DNA from: Chthoniobacter flavus
GTDB taxonomy: Bacteria; Verrucomicrobiota; Verrucomicrobiia; Chthoniobacterales; JACTMZ01
Direction: 5' to 3'
DNA: 58,318 nucleotides
Assembly: GCA_945871065.1 (NCBI GenBank)
Contig: CAMBUL010000006.1
Location: 1 to 58,318, forward strand
Part shown: positions 29,945 to 39,259 of the stretch, piece by piece
Layout: every line of letters begins with the position of its first letter
Position numbering within the stretch: the stretch's first letter is position 1
Translations under genes and position numbers: made by a program
The notes under the pieces: generated by a model
The model's input: only the letters and a program-made list of their open reading frames with translations
Database searches by the model: none
What the model was told of the DNA's origin: nothing

Positions 29945-30326
29945 AAGAACTTGAATATTACTCTAACTTGGTGCGCTTAGTCGAAGTTTCTGGGGATTGG
30001 CAATACGGATAAATCAACGTTGTCCATAAACTTGGACTGGTCGGTGTAATCGGGGGAGGGTAGCGGAGATTTGGTGGAACCCCACGGGGCTGCGACAAGA
30101 TTGCGCTATTTTGCATGATGTGGATTTATGCACAGCGCTGCAGAAGTTCCTCGCGGATAGTTTGACTACTGCGGGGCATTCGTCTTTTTCTCCAGACTGC
30201 ATTCTTGCTGTTGTGCGCTGCTCTGCGGGTGCCGACTTTTCTCTGTGCTCTGTCGACAATTTCTTCTTGGAACTAGGCCTCCTTGCCGGTTGAGTTTTTG
30301 GGCTCTACTCAGTAGTTTTAAAGCCA
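29945..30326. other. Low-GC intergenic region with DnaA-box-like 9-mers (candidate oriC)
   Basis: TTATGCACA at 30126-30134 plus four 2-mismatch boxes at 30004, 30020, 30119 and 30251. Confidence 0.35.
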
Positions 30327-32312
30327 GTGTTCGCCAGTATCACCAGTTGGTCGGTAGCTATTTTCCTCGCCGCTGGTGTAGGATTGACCCAAATACTGCT
30401 CGGTGGGTGGTGGTATCCTTGGCTTGCCTTGCCCGGCTACCTTCTTCTTGCTGCGGCCGCCATCATGGCCTCTCTGCGGGGCTGGAAAATTTCTGATGCC
30501 CCCGGCGCCTGGTGCTCGGGCTTGGCTCTGGCCTTTGCCGGTTATTTATTTTGGCGCCAGTCCACCAGTCTTGATCCCTACGCCGCCCGGGAGGACGCCT
30601 GGCTGCTGCTTGGGGCCCTCTGCGTTTATCTGACCGTGGCCTGGCACCTGCGCGGGTCGGGGCCGCGTTGGCTCTTGATTGGCGTGCTTCTCGCCCTTTC
30701 CATCGCCCAGGTCCTCTTGGCCGTGGCCCAATTCGCCGCGGTGCTGCCTTTCCATCCGATGGCGGATCTGGCCCGGCAGTTGCGGCTGCCGGACGGCAAG
30801 CTGGCCGTGGCCAACCTCGGACTGATCACCGGGACCCTGCACGCCCGCACGGCGCTGTCTGGCGTCCTGGAAGTGACCACTTTCCTCGCGCTGGGTCTCC
30901 TTGTCTGGGGACGTTGTGCGGTCTGGGTCAAGTTGCTCCTTCTTTGGGCCGCAGCCGCCGGCTTTGTCGGTATGATCATCTGCCTGTCGCGCTCGGCTTA
31001 TTTGGCCTTGCCAGCCGGGGTGATCGTCTTTGCCCTGGTCAGCTTCCTTGTCGTCCAGCGTGGTGTCTTGAAACACCGGCTGCTTCTGGCCGTGGGGGCT
31101 TTGGGCTTGGTCGGCCTTGCCTTGGGTCTAGGGGTGGCCACCGGCTACGAGAGCTTGTCTGTCTGGTTTCGCTTGGAAGAGCTCGCGGTGGACAAATACC
31201 GGCAGGATCTCTGGAGCATTACGGTGCCGCCCATGCTGTCGCTTGATCCGGTTTTCGGCGCAGGAGCAAACACCTTCGAGGATCTGGCCCGTCGTTACCG
31301 CGGGGTGGGGTTTACCGCGGACCCCATTCATGCCCACAGCGACTGGTTGCAATTGCTCATTGAATACGGATGGATCGGCTTGGTCCTCGGTGCGGGTTTT
31401 TTCTTTGTCCACTTTGCCGCGGGCTGGCGCAATGTGCTTCGCTTGGCGCGGGCGACGCCGGCCGACGGGCTCTTGCCGCAGAGTATGGAGTTGGGGCTGG
31501 CCACGGGATCCTTGGCTGCCTTCACCGCCATCGGCACGCACGTGGTCTTCGACTACAGCCTGCACCTTCCGGTCGTGGCGATGCTCACCGCACTGTGCGC
31601 AGGGTGGTTGGCGGCGGCGCGGCCTGGACCGGCTGATTTTGCGGGGCCGATGCCGCGATGGCTGAAGCCTCTCGGCATCCTGCCCCTCCTGCCTGGGGTT
31701 GTCCTCGCGGTTTGGGTCTGGCGCGACGCCCCGGCCGAGCGCCAAGTGCTGGCCGCGGAAAACGCCCTGGTTCCCCTCAGGGTGGATATTGTGGCGGCTT
31801 CGGCGGCCCAGGGACTGGCTACTTCCCCCCAACATCCCCGATTGCTCTGGCTATCGGGTTTGGCCACGCGGCAAAAAGCTACCGCGCTGGCCGCATCGGA
31901 TCCGCGTGAAGCGATGAACGGCCTGCTTCTGGCGGCCGACTCTTACCGCGGGGCGGTGAAGGCACGTCCCAATGATGTTTTTGCCTGGTATGAACTCGGT
32001 CGAACGTTGGACACGGCTGCCTTTGCCACGGAAACCGTCGCGGAAACCAGTGGCAATCCCGTGGAAGTCGAAGAGTTGCAATTGCAGGTGAACAAATTGC
32101 GCATCGAAGCCCTGGCGGCTCATCTCCGCTGCATCAGCCGGGATCCGGACCATGCCCGCGGTTACGAGAGTCTGGCCCGTCACTACGCCATGCAAAGGGA
32201 GCCGGAGCGGGCTCGCCGGTCGGCAGAACTCGCCACCCGTCTGGCCGGTGCACGGCAGGCCAGTTCGATGCTGGGAGTCCTTCGCGCGGCCGAGGAAAAA
32301 GAAAAGCGCTGA
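30327..32312 (+). CDS. O-antigen ligase (Wzy_C) family protein with TPR-like C-terminus
   Basis: About 12 TM helices, SRSA, P.FGAG.NTF, HAHSDWLQ...EYG; helical C-terminal domain. Confidence 0.8.
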   Translation: MFASITSWSVAIFLAAGVGLTQILLGGWWYPWLALPGYLLLAAAAIMASLRGWKISDAPGAWCSGLALAFAGYLFWRQSTSLDPYAAREDAWLLLGALCVYLTVAWHLRGSGPRWLLIGVLLALSIAQVLLAVAQFAAVLPFHPMADLARQLRLPDGKLAVANLGLITGTLHARTALSGVLEVTTFLALGLLVWGRCAVWVKLLLLWAAAAGFVGMIICLSRSAYLALPAGVIVFALVSFLVVQRGVLKHRLLLAVGALGLVGLALGLGVATGYESLSVWFRLEELAVDKYRQDLWSITVPPMLSLDPVFGAGANTFEDLARRYRGVGFTADPIHAHSDWLQLLIEYGWIGLVLGAGFFFVHFAAGWRNVLRLARATPADGLLPQSMELGLATGSLAAFTAIGTHVVFDYSLHLPVVAMLTALCAGWLAAARPGPADFAGPMPRWLKPLGILPLLPGVVLAVWVWRDAPAERQVLAAENALVPLRVDIVAASAAQGLATSPQHPRLLWLSGLATRQKATALAASDPREAMNGLLLAADSYRGAVKARPNDVFAWYELGRTLDTAAFATETVAETSGNPVEVEELQLQVNKLRIEALAAHLRCISRDPDHARGYESLARHYAMQREPERARRSAELATRLAGARQASSMLGVLRAAEEKEKR

Positions 32313-32355
32313 TACCAAGGGCCCATCGCCTTGGGACTTTGTCCTTCGGCCCCGG

Positions 32356-32434
32356 GGTAGGGTCGGACCTCCGGGCCCGACCGCGAACCTTCTCTGGGCT
32401 TCGACACGGCCGGTCTGGAGGCCCCAGCCCTACC
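32356..32434. repeat. GTAG-type REPIN
   Basis: GGTAGGGTCGGACCTCCGGGCCCGACC ... CGGCCGGTCTGGAGGCCCCAGCCCTACC, an inverted pair between convergent genes. Confidence 0.75.
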
Positions 32435-32495
32435 ACTCGATCCATAGTCGAAAAGCAAAAGGACGTTGGTATGGGATCTCCGGCCAAAAGGTCGG

Positions 32496-33650
32496 TCACA
32501 ACGCCTGACCGGCGGCGTGCGCGCTGGCCCAAGCCCACTGGAAGTTGTAGCCACCGAGCCAGCCGGTCACATCGACGACTTCGCCGATAAAGAAAAGACC
32601 CGGCACGGCGCGGGCTTCCATGGTTTTGGAGGAAAGTTCGCGCGTATCCACGCCTCCGAGGGTGACTTCCGCTTTGGGATAGCCCTCGGTGCCGGAGAAT
32701 TCGACCGGCCAATGGTGGAGGAGGCCCTGCACATGGAGCCGCTCCGCGGCGGTCCACTGGGACACGGGCTTGGGCGGGGTATGACGGGCACACCATGCTT
32801 CGGCGAATCGTTTGGGCCACACCGCCGACAACTGGGCCAGTGCTGTGCCCCGGCCTGCGGCAGGAAGATCATCGCCGGTCGGCAGAAGATCGAAAGCCAG
32901 GCTTTCGCCTTCGCGCCAGTAGTTCGAGATTTGCAAGACAGCGGGTCCGCTCAGTCCGCGATGGGTGATCAGCATTGCTTCTTCGAAGACCGCTTTCTTG
33001 TGTCGGACACGGACGGGCAGGGAAACGCCGCTGAGCGGGCCGAGTTGGCTTTTGTCGTGGCCCACGAAGGCCAGGGGCACGAGCCCGGGACGGATTTCGG
33101 TCAGTTTCAGCCCAAATTGTTTTGCGATGCGGTAGCCGAGGTCGCTTGCCCCGAGCTTGGGAAAGGAGAGACCTCCAGTGGCAACCACGAGCGCATCGCA
33201 GGTCAGGGTGGTGGGGCCGGTGCGCAGATGGAAGCGGTCGGGTTTGTCGACCTCGCCGACGTGGGCACCGCAACGGATTTCCGCCCCGGCCCGGCCGCAT
33301 TCGTCGAGCAGGAGCGCGATGATTTCCCGCGAGCTCGTGTTGCAAAAGAGTTGCCCGAGCTTCTTCTCATGCCAGCGAATACCATGCCGTTCGACCAGCG
33401 CGAGAAAATCGGCCGGGGTGTAGCGGGCCAGCGCGGAGCGGCAAAATTCCGGGTTGGATGAGAGATAGTTGTCCGGTCCGGCCCGCAGGTTGGTGAAATT
33501 GCAGCGCCCGCCGCCGGAGATGGCGATTTTTTTGCCGGGCCGTTCGCTGTGCTCGAGGACAAGGACACGGCGTCCGTTTTGCGCGGCGGTCAGGGCACAA
33601 AACAGCCCCGCGGCTCCGGCGCCGAGGACAATGACATCACGGTGCTCCAT
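32496..33650 (-). CDS. HI0933/YhiN family flavoprotein oxidoreductase
   Basis: GAGAAG, KI.ISGGGRCNFTN, ATGG.S.P, TH.GLSGP, GWLGGYNFQWAWASA. Confidence 0.92.
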   Translation of the reverse strand: MEHRDVIVLGAGAAGLFCALTAAQNGRRVLVLEHSERPGKKIAISGGGRCNFTNLRAGPDNYLSSNPEFCRSALARYTPADFLALVERHGIRWHEKKLGQLFCNTSSREIIALLLDECGRAGAEIRCGAHVGEVDKPDRFHLRTGPTTLTCDALVVATGGLSFPKLGASDLGYRIAKQFGLKLTEIRPGLVPLAFVGHDKSQLGPLSGVSLPVRVRHKKAVFEEAMLITHRGLSGPAVLQISNYWREGESLAFDLLPTGDDLPAAGRGTALAQLSAVWPKRFAEAWCARHTPPKPVSQWTAAERLHVQGLLHHWPVEFSGTEGYPKAEVTLGGVDTRELSSKTMEARAVPGLFFIGEVVDVTGWLGGYNFQWAWASAHAAGQAL

Positions 33651-33744
33651 CCTCCGGTCATCTTGGGCGAGATGCGGGGCAGTGACGATGTCTTTGATGC
33701 TGCTTGGTCGGCGCGATGGCTTGTGCTAGGAACTCCGTCCGACC

Positions 33745-34287
33745 ATGCCAAAAAAAGCCGCCAAGAAAAAACCGCAGCCGACCCGCAGCGAATGGGCTGC
33801 GGTCCGGGGATCGCAAATCCACGGCCGCGGGATGTTTGCCAAGAAGATCATTCCGAAGGGGACGCGGGTCATCGAGTACACCGGCGAGCGGATCACCAAA
33901 GCCGAGGGGTGGCGCCGCGAGTTGGCGCGCCAGGAGAGGGCCGAGCGCGGCGCCGACGGGTGCATCTACATTTTCGAGCTGAACACCAAGGTCGACATCG
34001 ACGGCAGTGTGCGGTGGAACACGGCGCGCTATATTAATCATTCTTGCGAGCCCAATTGCGAGTCGCAGGTCGTGCGCGGCCGTGTCTGGATCGTGGCCAT
34101 CCGCGAAATTCGTCCGGGCGACGAGTTGAGTTACGACTACTACTACGATTACGAGCACTATCATGAGCACCCTTGCCGCTGTGGAGCGAAGAGCTGTGCC
34201 GGTTACATTGTCAAAGCACCCCTGCGCTGGCGGGTGCGCCATGCCGCACGGAAGGGCAAAAAAAAGGGCCCGCGCCTGGCGTCCTAG
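33745..34287 (+). CDS. SET-domain protein-lysine methyltransferase with post-SET
   Basis: IHGRG.FA, EYTGE, ARYINHSCEPN, ELSYDY, CRCGAKSC.G. Confidence 0.92.
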   Translation: MPKKAAKKKPQPTRSEWAAVRGSQIHGRGMFAKKIIPKGTRVIEYTGERITKAEGWRRELARQERAERGADGCIYIFELNTKVDIDGSVRWNTARYINHSCEPNCESQVVRGRVWIVAIREIRPGDELSYDYYYDYEHYHEHPCRCGAKSCAGYIVKAPLRWRVRHAARKGKKKGPRLAS

Positions 34288-35336
34288 TCTTTGGCGGCCA
34301 GCGCGGCGCTGACGGCCTCTTCAAGACGTCCGCGCGGCGAGGCGTCGACCAGTTTTCCCTCGCGGTCGAGGAGCCACATGGTCGGCACGGTCTGGATGCC
34401 GAAGCGCTTGGCCAGCTCGTTCTCCCAGCCCTTGCCGTCGAAAAACTGCGGCCAGGTCATTTTGTTCTCGGTGGTAAATTTTTCGAAAGCGGCTTTGTTT
34501 TCGTCGAGGGAGATGCCGACGATTTCAAAGCCCTGCTCGCGGAATTTTTCATAGGTGGCGACCAGTTCGGGAACTTCCTCGACACAGGGCGGACACCACG
34601 TGGCCCAGAAGTCGAGGAGCACGACCTTGCCGCGCAGGCTGGTGAGGTCGAAAGGCGAGCCATCGGCGGCAGTGAAGGTGAGATCGACCGGCTTGTCCCG
34701 CAGGGCCATCAACTCGAGAGCGGCTTTGGCCGCGCCGGATAGCTCGGGGTCGTCGTCCTTGGTGAGATCGGTGAAGATGGCCCGTGCGCGGTCGGGTTCG
34801 TAAATTTCGAGCGCTTGGGCTTTGGTCATGCGCAGGACAGGCAAGCGGGCGTCCTCGGGATGGGTCTCGATGAATTTGTCGATCGCCTGGGACAGCGAAC
34901 GGGCGGCCTTTTCCGAACGTTCGCGGTCGAAGTCGACGGAGGCGAGTTGTAGGAGAACCAGACCGGCGTCGGCCCGGATGCTCTCGGGAGCTTCCTTGTC
35001 GTCGGCGATCGATTCCAGTTCCGCCGCCTGTCCGGTCATATCCGGTTCACGTTCCTGCACCATGGCGAGCGAGTTGACGATTTGCATGACGGCCATCCGC
35101 GCTTCCCAACGGTTCGGGCTTTGCGGGTGATCCCGGAGGAATTCTTGAAAGTGCTCCAGTTGCTCGCCGAGTCGGGCCGAGAGCATGGTTCCCCCCGCTA
35201 CCTGGTCGTTTTCGGGCAGACCTTCGGTCAGACGGGCTGCTTCGTTCTGCAGGTTTTCCCACGCGGTATTTTCGTCAGCCAGCGCTGGCATGCCGCAGGC
35301 GATGAGAAGCAGAGCGGGGTAGAGCAGATTTTTCAT
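34284..35336 (-). CDS. TlpA/ResA-like thiol-disulfide oxidoreductase
   Basis: Signal peptide, helical N-domain, GKVVLLDFWATWCPPC, cis-Pro VPT. Confidence 0.88.
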   Translation of the reverse strand: MKNLLYPALLLIACGMPALADENTAWENLQNEAARLTEGLPENDQVAGGTMLSARLGEQLEHFQEFLRDHPQSPNRWEARMAVMQIVNSLAMVQEREPDMTGQAAELESIADDKEAPESIRADAGLVLLQLASVDFDRERSEKAARSLSQAIDKFIETHPEDARLPVLRMTKAQALEIYEPDRARAIFTDLTKDDDPELSGAAKAALELMALRDKPVDLTFTAADGSPFDLTSLRGKVVLLDFWATWCPPCVEEVPELVATYEKFREQGFEIVGISLDENKAAFEKFTTENKMTWPQFFDGKGWENELAKRFGIQTVPTMWLLDREGKLVDASPRGRLEEAVSAALAAKD

Positions 35337-36295
35337 GGCTTCTCATTCTCCGGCGACTCCTGGCCGGTGGCAAGCCGGGGGCCCTCCCGGAATCGGGTCA
35401 GCGCGCCAAGGACAGTGGCGACCGGCAAGTTCGGAAGATTGCCCTCCGGGGCACGCAAAACACGGACATGCTCATGAGGTGGTGCCCAGACGCTGGGATT
35501 GCTTGGTCCGAAGAGCAGCAGGCTGGGGACGCCCGCCGCTGCGGCAAGGTGGCTAATCCCCGTGTCGTGGCCGAGGTAGAGCCGGGCTCCAGCCAGCCGT
35601 CTGGCCAACTCGGGCAACGGGAGATTCTCCCAGAGGACAATACGGGACGCGGCCAGCCCGCGCAGGGCACTAACGGCCGCAGCATCGGCTTCGCCTCCGA
35701 TGATCGCCAACTTCACCTCGGGATTGGCGGCGAGCAGTTTTCCGGCCAACTGGCGCCACTTTTCCACCGGCCAGTTTTTTGCCGCACTGCCGGATCCGGG
35801 GTGCAAGGCAACGGTCAGGGCCTCGTGTACTGCCGGCTCGAGGGCGAGTCGGGTGGCGCGGCCGGCCAGAGGGAGGCCAAGAGCGGTGAGGGGCGCGGCG
35901 AGCTGGTCGATGGCGTGCGACGATTCGCCCGGACGATGCGGGCCGGTTACCACGCGGCTTGCCCCGGCATTTTGCAGGTTCTCGGCAAAGATCCCGTCGG
36001 GATCGTAGAGGTAGCTGAGGATGAGGTCGAACGATGCGAAATATCCGCGGAGGCCCGGGTCGAGCACGCTGCCCCGGGTGAAGAAGCCGGCCAGCGGACC
36101 GTATTCGATCGAGCGGAAGGCATCGATCAGGCCGGACGTTTCGGCCAGCGCGGCGATCCCCGGATACGCGAGCACCTCAAGACGCGAGTCGGGCGCGGCT
36201 TCCCGCAAGGCGTTGAGCACCGGAAAGGTGAGGATAAAATCACCGAGGGCACCGCCGCGGATGACCAGTGCACGCTGGAACGGGGCCGAGACCAC
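35333..36295 (-). CDS. Glycosyltransferase family 9 (heptosyltransferase-like)
   Basis: GALGDFILT.P, HPGSG...KNWP, GHDTG.SHLAAA, LFGPS. Confidence 0.88.
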   Translation of the reverse strand: MVSAPFQRALVIRGGALGDFILTFPVLNALREAAPDSRLEVLAYPGIAALAETSGLIDAFRSIEYGPLAGFFTRGSVLDPGLRGYFASFDLILSYLYDPDGIFAENLQNAGASRVVTGPHRPGESSHAIDQLAAPLTALGLPLAGRATRLALEPAVHEALTVALHPGSGSAAKNWPVEKWRQLAGKLLAANPEVKLAIIGGEADAAAVSALRGLAASRIVLWENLPLPELARRLAGARLYLGHDTGISHLAAAAGVPSLLLFGPSNPSVWAPPHEHVRVLRAPEGNLPNLPVATVLGALTRFREGPRLATGQESPENEKP

Positions 36296-36304
36296 CGGTT
36301 GAGC

Positions 36305-36490
36305 TCAGTATCCGCGCATGGCGGACATTTGACCGCCGAGAACGCCCCCGCCTTCCCAACTGGCCGGACGGTTCCACGGGATGGTGCTCACGCCGGGGCG
36401 GGAGGTGGCGGTGTCTTGTGTGCTGGCGCAGCCGGCAAGTCCGGCAAGGCAGCACGCAGCCAGGAGGGCGGCGAGAAAGAGGCGTGTCAT
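36305..36490 (-). CDS. Small lipoprotein
   Basis: LAGC lipobox followed by STIPWNRPASWEG; operon-like spacing to neighbours. Confidence 0.7.
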   Translation of the reverse strand: MTRLFLAALLAACCLAGLAGCASTQDTATSRPGVSTIPWNRPASWEGGGVLGGQMSAMRGY

Positions 36491-36497
36491 ACCCGGA

Positions 36498-37292
36498 TCA
36501 ATCGCGCTGGGCCTGGTAAATAACCCGGTCGCCGGGCATGACCGAAAGGCCGCGCGGAACGGTACGAACTAGGATATCCGCGATCGACGTGGATGGTTCA
36601 ACCGAAGTGACACGGATTTTTCCAAGGTATTGACCGTCGCGTTGCACGAGCATTTCGGCATTGGAGACCACACCCTGTCGGTCACCGAGGCTGAGGACAA
36701 CGAAGTTCCAGGCTTGGTTTACGGCAAGGATGGTTCCGGAGAGCCCTTGCCGCATCTGCGATTTTTGCCGGCCGTCGTCCTTGCGCCGGAGCTCCGCCAC
36801 TTGCGTGCTCAGGCTGGTGTTTTGGTCCTGTAACTGCTGGTTGACGGTTTCCAATTCGAGCATGCGCGCCTCCCCGCCGGCCGTGTCCACATTATCTCCC
36901 GCGGCCTCGGGCGCCGGGGCTTGCTGCTCGGCTTCAGCCAACTTCGTCTCCAATTCCCCGATTTTGGCGTCTTTGGCTTGGCCGTCCGATTCCAAGTCCT
37001 CGGCTTGTTTCCGGGCGGCGATGAGCTCTTCCTTGATTTTAGCTAGTTCCCCGCGGGCTTCGCCCAGTTCCGCAGAAAGCTTGTCTTTGTCGCTCCCAAG
37101 TGTCGTCACTTCCTCTTTGTTCTTTTCGAGCTCTCCTTGGACGGTCAGGAGTTGCGTGCTGGTCGAGGCGAGTTGCCCTTGGGAGCTTTCCAAATCCAAG
37201 CGGGTGGTGGTCAGCGTGCCGCGGTTGAGGAATCCTAAAACTGCCGCCACGAGAGACAACAGGATGCAGGTAAGGAGCAGGGGCTTGGTCAT
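36498..37292 (-). CDS. Membrane-anchored coiled-coil protein with C-terminal beta domain
   Basis: N-terminal TM, long heptad region, G.ILAVN..WNFVV..LG...GV C-terminus. Confidence 0.7.
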   Translation of the reverse strand: MTKPLLLTCILLSLVAAVLGFLNRGTLTTTRLDLESSQGQLASTSTQLLTVQGELEKNKEEVTTLGSDKDKLSAELGEARGELAKIKEELIAARKQAEDLESDGQAKDAKIGELETKLAEAEQQAPAPEAAGDNVDTAGGEARMLELETVNQQLQDQNTSLSTQVAELRRKDDGRQKSQMRQGLSGTILAVNQAWNFVVLSLGDRQGVVSNAEMLVQRDGQYLGKIRVTSVEPSTSIADILVRTVPRGLSVMPGDRVIYQAQRD

Positions 37293-37406
37293 GGGGACTG
37301 AAAAGTGGGCGGTGGGGCATTCCTCTATAGGTGCGGCGAAAGGCTCAGACAAGAATTTTGTCCCGTGATCTTTTTTTGTTGGGGGACTCATCGCTCATCG
37401 AGCGGG

Positions 37407-37435
37407 TTGTCTCCCAACCCAAGAGGGCATACAGT
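37407..37435 (+). promoter_or_regulatory. Probable sigma70 promoter of SRP RNA
   Basis: TTGTCT-N17-TACAGT ending 6 nt before the RNA 5' end. Confidence 0.55.
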
Positions 37436-37441
37436 CCTCTT

Positions 37442-37537
37442 GACGCCGGGGGCCGTGGAGGTCCGACTGACGAACCCCGCCAGGGCAGGAATGCAGCAAC
37501 GGCACTCTGCTCGACCCTGCCGCGGTCTTCCGGCGTC
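37442..37537 (+). ncRNA. ffs: Small bacterial SRP RNA (4.5S)
   Basis: Long hairpin with paired ends GACGCCGG/CCGGCGTC and domain IV core CAGG-GCA-GGAA-TGC-AGCA. Confidence 0.9.
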
Positions 37538-37605
37538 CTTCCCCGGACGTGCGGGCTTAATAGGCTTGCTTGACGGGGGTATTTCCGGTGCCTTGCCCTT
37601 CGTCA

Positions 37606-38550
37606 ATGTCCCATCGCCGCGAATTTCCTGCCTTTGGCAAAATTCTCGCCTTCCTGGCCGTTGTCTTTCTGGCCGGTTGTCTCGTGGCGCCTCCGATTTT
37701 TTGGGCCGGGCAGGCGCTCGAGGCGGTCGGGATCACGGATTGGCTGGCCAAATTTCCTTTTCATCGCGTTCTTTCGCGCTGCCTGCAGGTCAGCGCCTTG
37801 GTCCTGCTGGTTCCAGCTTTGCGCTGGATCGGCCTGCAGCGGCCCTCGGATCTGCATCTCAGCCGAAACCCCAGATCGGTTTCCGATCTTGCGGCCGGTC
37901 TGGCGCTCTCCGTCACCTTGGTCGCGGCGGTGGCGTTGCTCTGCTTACTCGCCGGCTGGTCCGAAGCACGTCCGGGAGCTCTTTGGTCAGGACTCCTGCG
38001 CATTGTGCCCACGGCTGCGGTGGTTTCTGTCGTGGAGGAAATCGTTTTTCGAGGGGTGGTGCTCGGGATCCTTCTTTGGTCGCTGCCGCGCACGGTGGCT
38101 CTCGCTTGGACTACCGTCCTGTTTGTTGTCGTCCACTTCATCAAGCCGGCCAAGTCAGCCATTGCCGCTGATGCGGTGCATTGGTGGACGGGTTTCGCCG
38201 AGGCCCTGCGTTTTGCCGACGGTCTGCCGGCGGCCGGAGTTTTATTTTTCGGGGCGGCCAGCCTTTTTGCGGCCGGGTGGATTCTGGGCTCGGCGGCGGT
38301 GGCGACCCGTTCGCTGTGGCTCCCCATCGGGTTGCATGCCGGCTGGGTCTTTGCCCAACAAACCTCGAACCTTCTTCTCCAAACCACCGCGTCTGGTCCC
38401 TCCGGGTGGCTCCCGTGGGTCGGCCCGAGCCTGGTCAGCGGGGCGGTGCCGACCGGGCTGTTGCCCTTGGCCGCATTGCTCGTCACCGGTCTGCTGGTCA
38501 AATTCTACCTCCGCCATGTTTTCCGCCCGGTGGCTTCGTGCCTGGACTGA
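37606..38550 (+). CDS. CPBP (CAAX/Abi) family intramembrane metalloprotease
   Basis: EE..FRG, F...H, SLW.PIGLHAGW. Confidence 0.88.
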   Translation: MSHRREFPAFGKILAFLAVVFLAGCLVAPPIFWAGQALEAVGITDWLAKFPFHRVLSRCLQVSALVLLVPALRWIGLQRPSDLHLSRNPRSVSDLAAGLALSVTLVAAVALLCLLAGWSEARPGALWSGLLRIVPTAAVVSVVEEIVFRGVVLGILLWSLPRTVALAWTTVLFVVVHFIKPAKSAIAADAVHWWTGFAEALRFADGLPAAGVLFFGAASLFAAGWILGSAAVATRSLWLPIGLHAGWVFAQQTSNLLLQTTASGPSGWLPWVGPSLVSGAVPTGLLPLAALLVTGLLVKFYLRHVFRPVASCLD

Positions 38551-39250
38551 AGCGGCCTCCGGGCTGATTTATCCGCCGCACTGCGCCGTTTGTGGCGAGG
38601 CAATGGGTCCGCTTGCGGCAGGGCTTTGCCGCCGCTGCCGGCGGGCCCGTCAGCGTTTGGGTGGATCGCGGTGCTCGGTCTGCGGACAGCCTTACAGCGG
38701 TGCGATCACGGCGGACTTCCGTTGTCTGAACTGCGGCGACCGCGACTTGTCCTTTGATTTCGCCACCGCCGCTTACCGTAGCCGCGGCGTGGTCCGCGAC
38801 CTCATTCATCAGTTCAAATACAATCGTCGCACGCACCTCCGGCCCTTGCTGGCCCGGATGTTGGTCGAGGGGTTCCGCGACCCGCGCCTTCAAGGCAAGA
38901 TGCCGTCCGCCCTTGTGCCCGTCCCACTTCACCCAACGCGGCAGCGGGAGCGTGAATTCAACCAAGCCGAAGTGCTGGCCAGACTGGCCGGGTCACGTCT
39001 CGGTCTGCCGGTGGATGATTGTCTGCAGCGAATACGTTACACATTGACCCAAACCCATTTTCATCGCGACGAGAGGTTTGAGAATCTGGAAGGCGCTTTC
39101 GCCCTGCGGAGTGGCGCGGATGTGGCCGGACGGGATCTGGTTTTGGTCGACGACGTCCTGACCACGGGTTCCACGGCTGACGCTTGCGCGCGGGTCCTGC
39201 GCGAGGCGGGGGCTTCCTCGGTGGTTGTCATCACGGTCGCCCGCGGATAG
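38516..39250 (+). CDS. comF: ComF family protein (Zn-ribbon + PRTase)
   Basis: CxxC pairs, FKY, PVPLH..R..ER.FNQA, VDDVLTTGST. Confidence 0.88.
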   Translation: MFSARWLRAWTEAASGLIYPPHCAVCGEAMGPLAAGLCRRCRRARQRLGGSRCSVCGQPYSGAITADFRCLNCGDRDLSFDFATAAYRSRGVVRDLIHQFKYNRRTHLRPLLARMLVEGFRDPRLQGKMPSALVPVPLHPTRQREREFNQAEVLARLAGSRLGLPVDDCLQRIRYTLTQTHFHRDERFENLEGAFALRSGADVAGRDLVLVDDVLTTGSTADACARVLREAGASSVVVITVARG

Positions 39251-39259
39251 GAAGAAGCG

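Noticed and set aside
37606-38550. Abortive-infection defence gene
   Set aside because: The Abi label on the CPBP family is historical; the context is housekeeping (comF-accD-folC).
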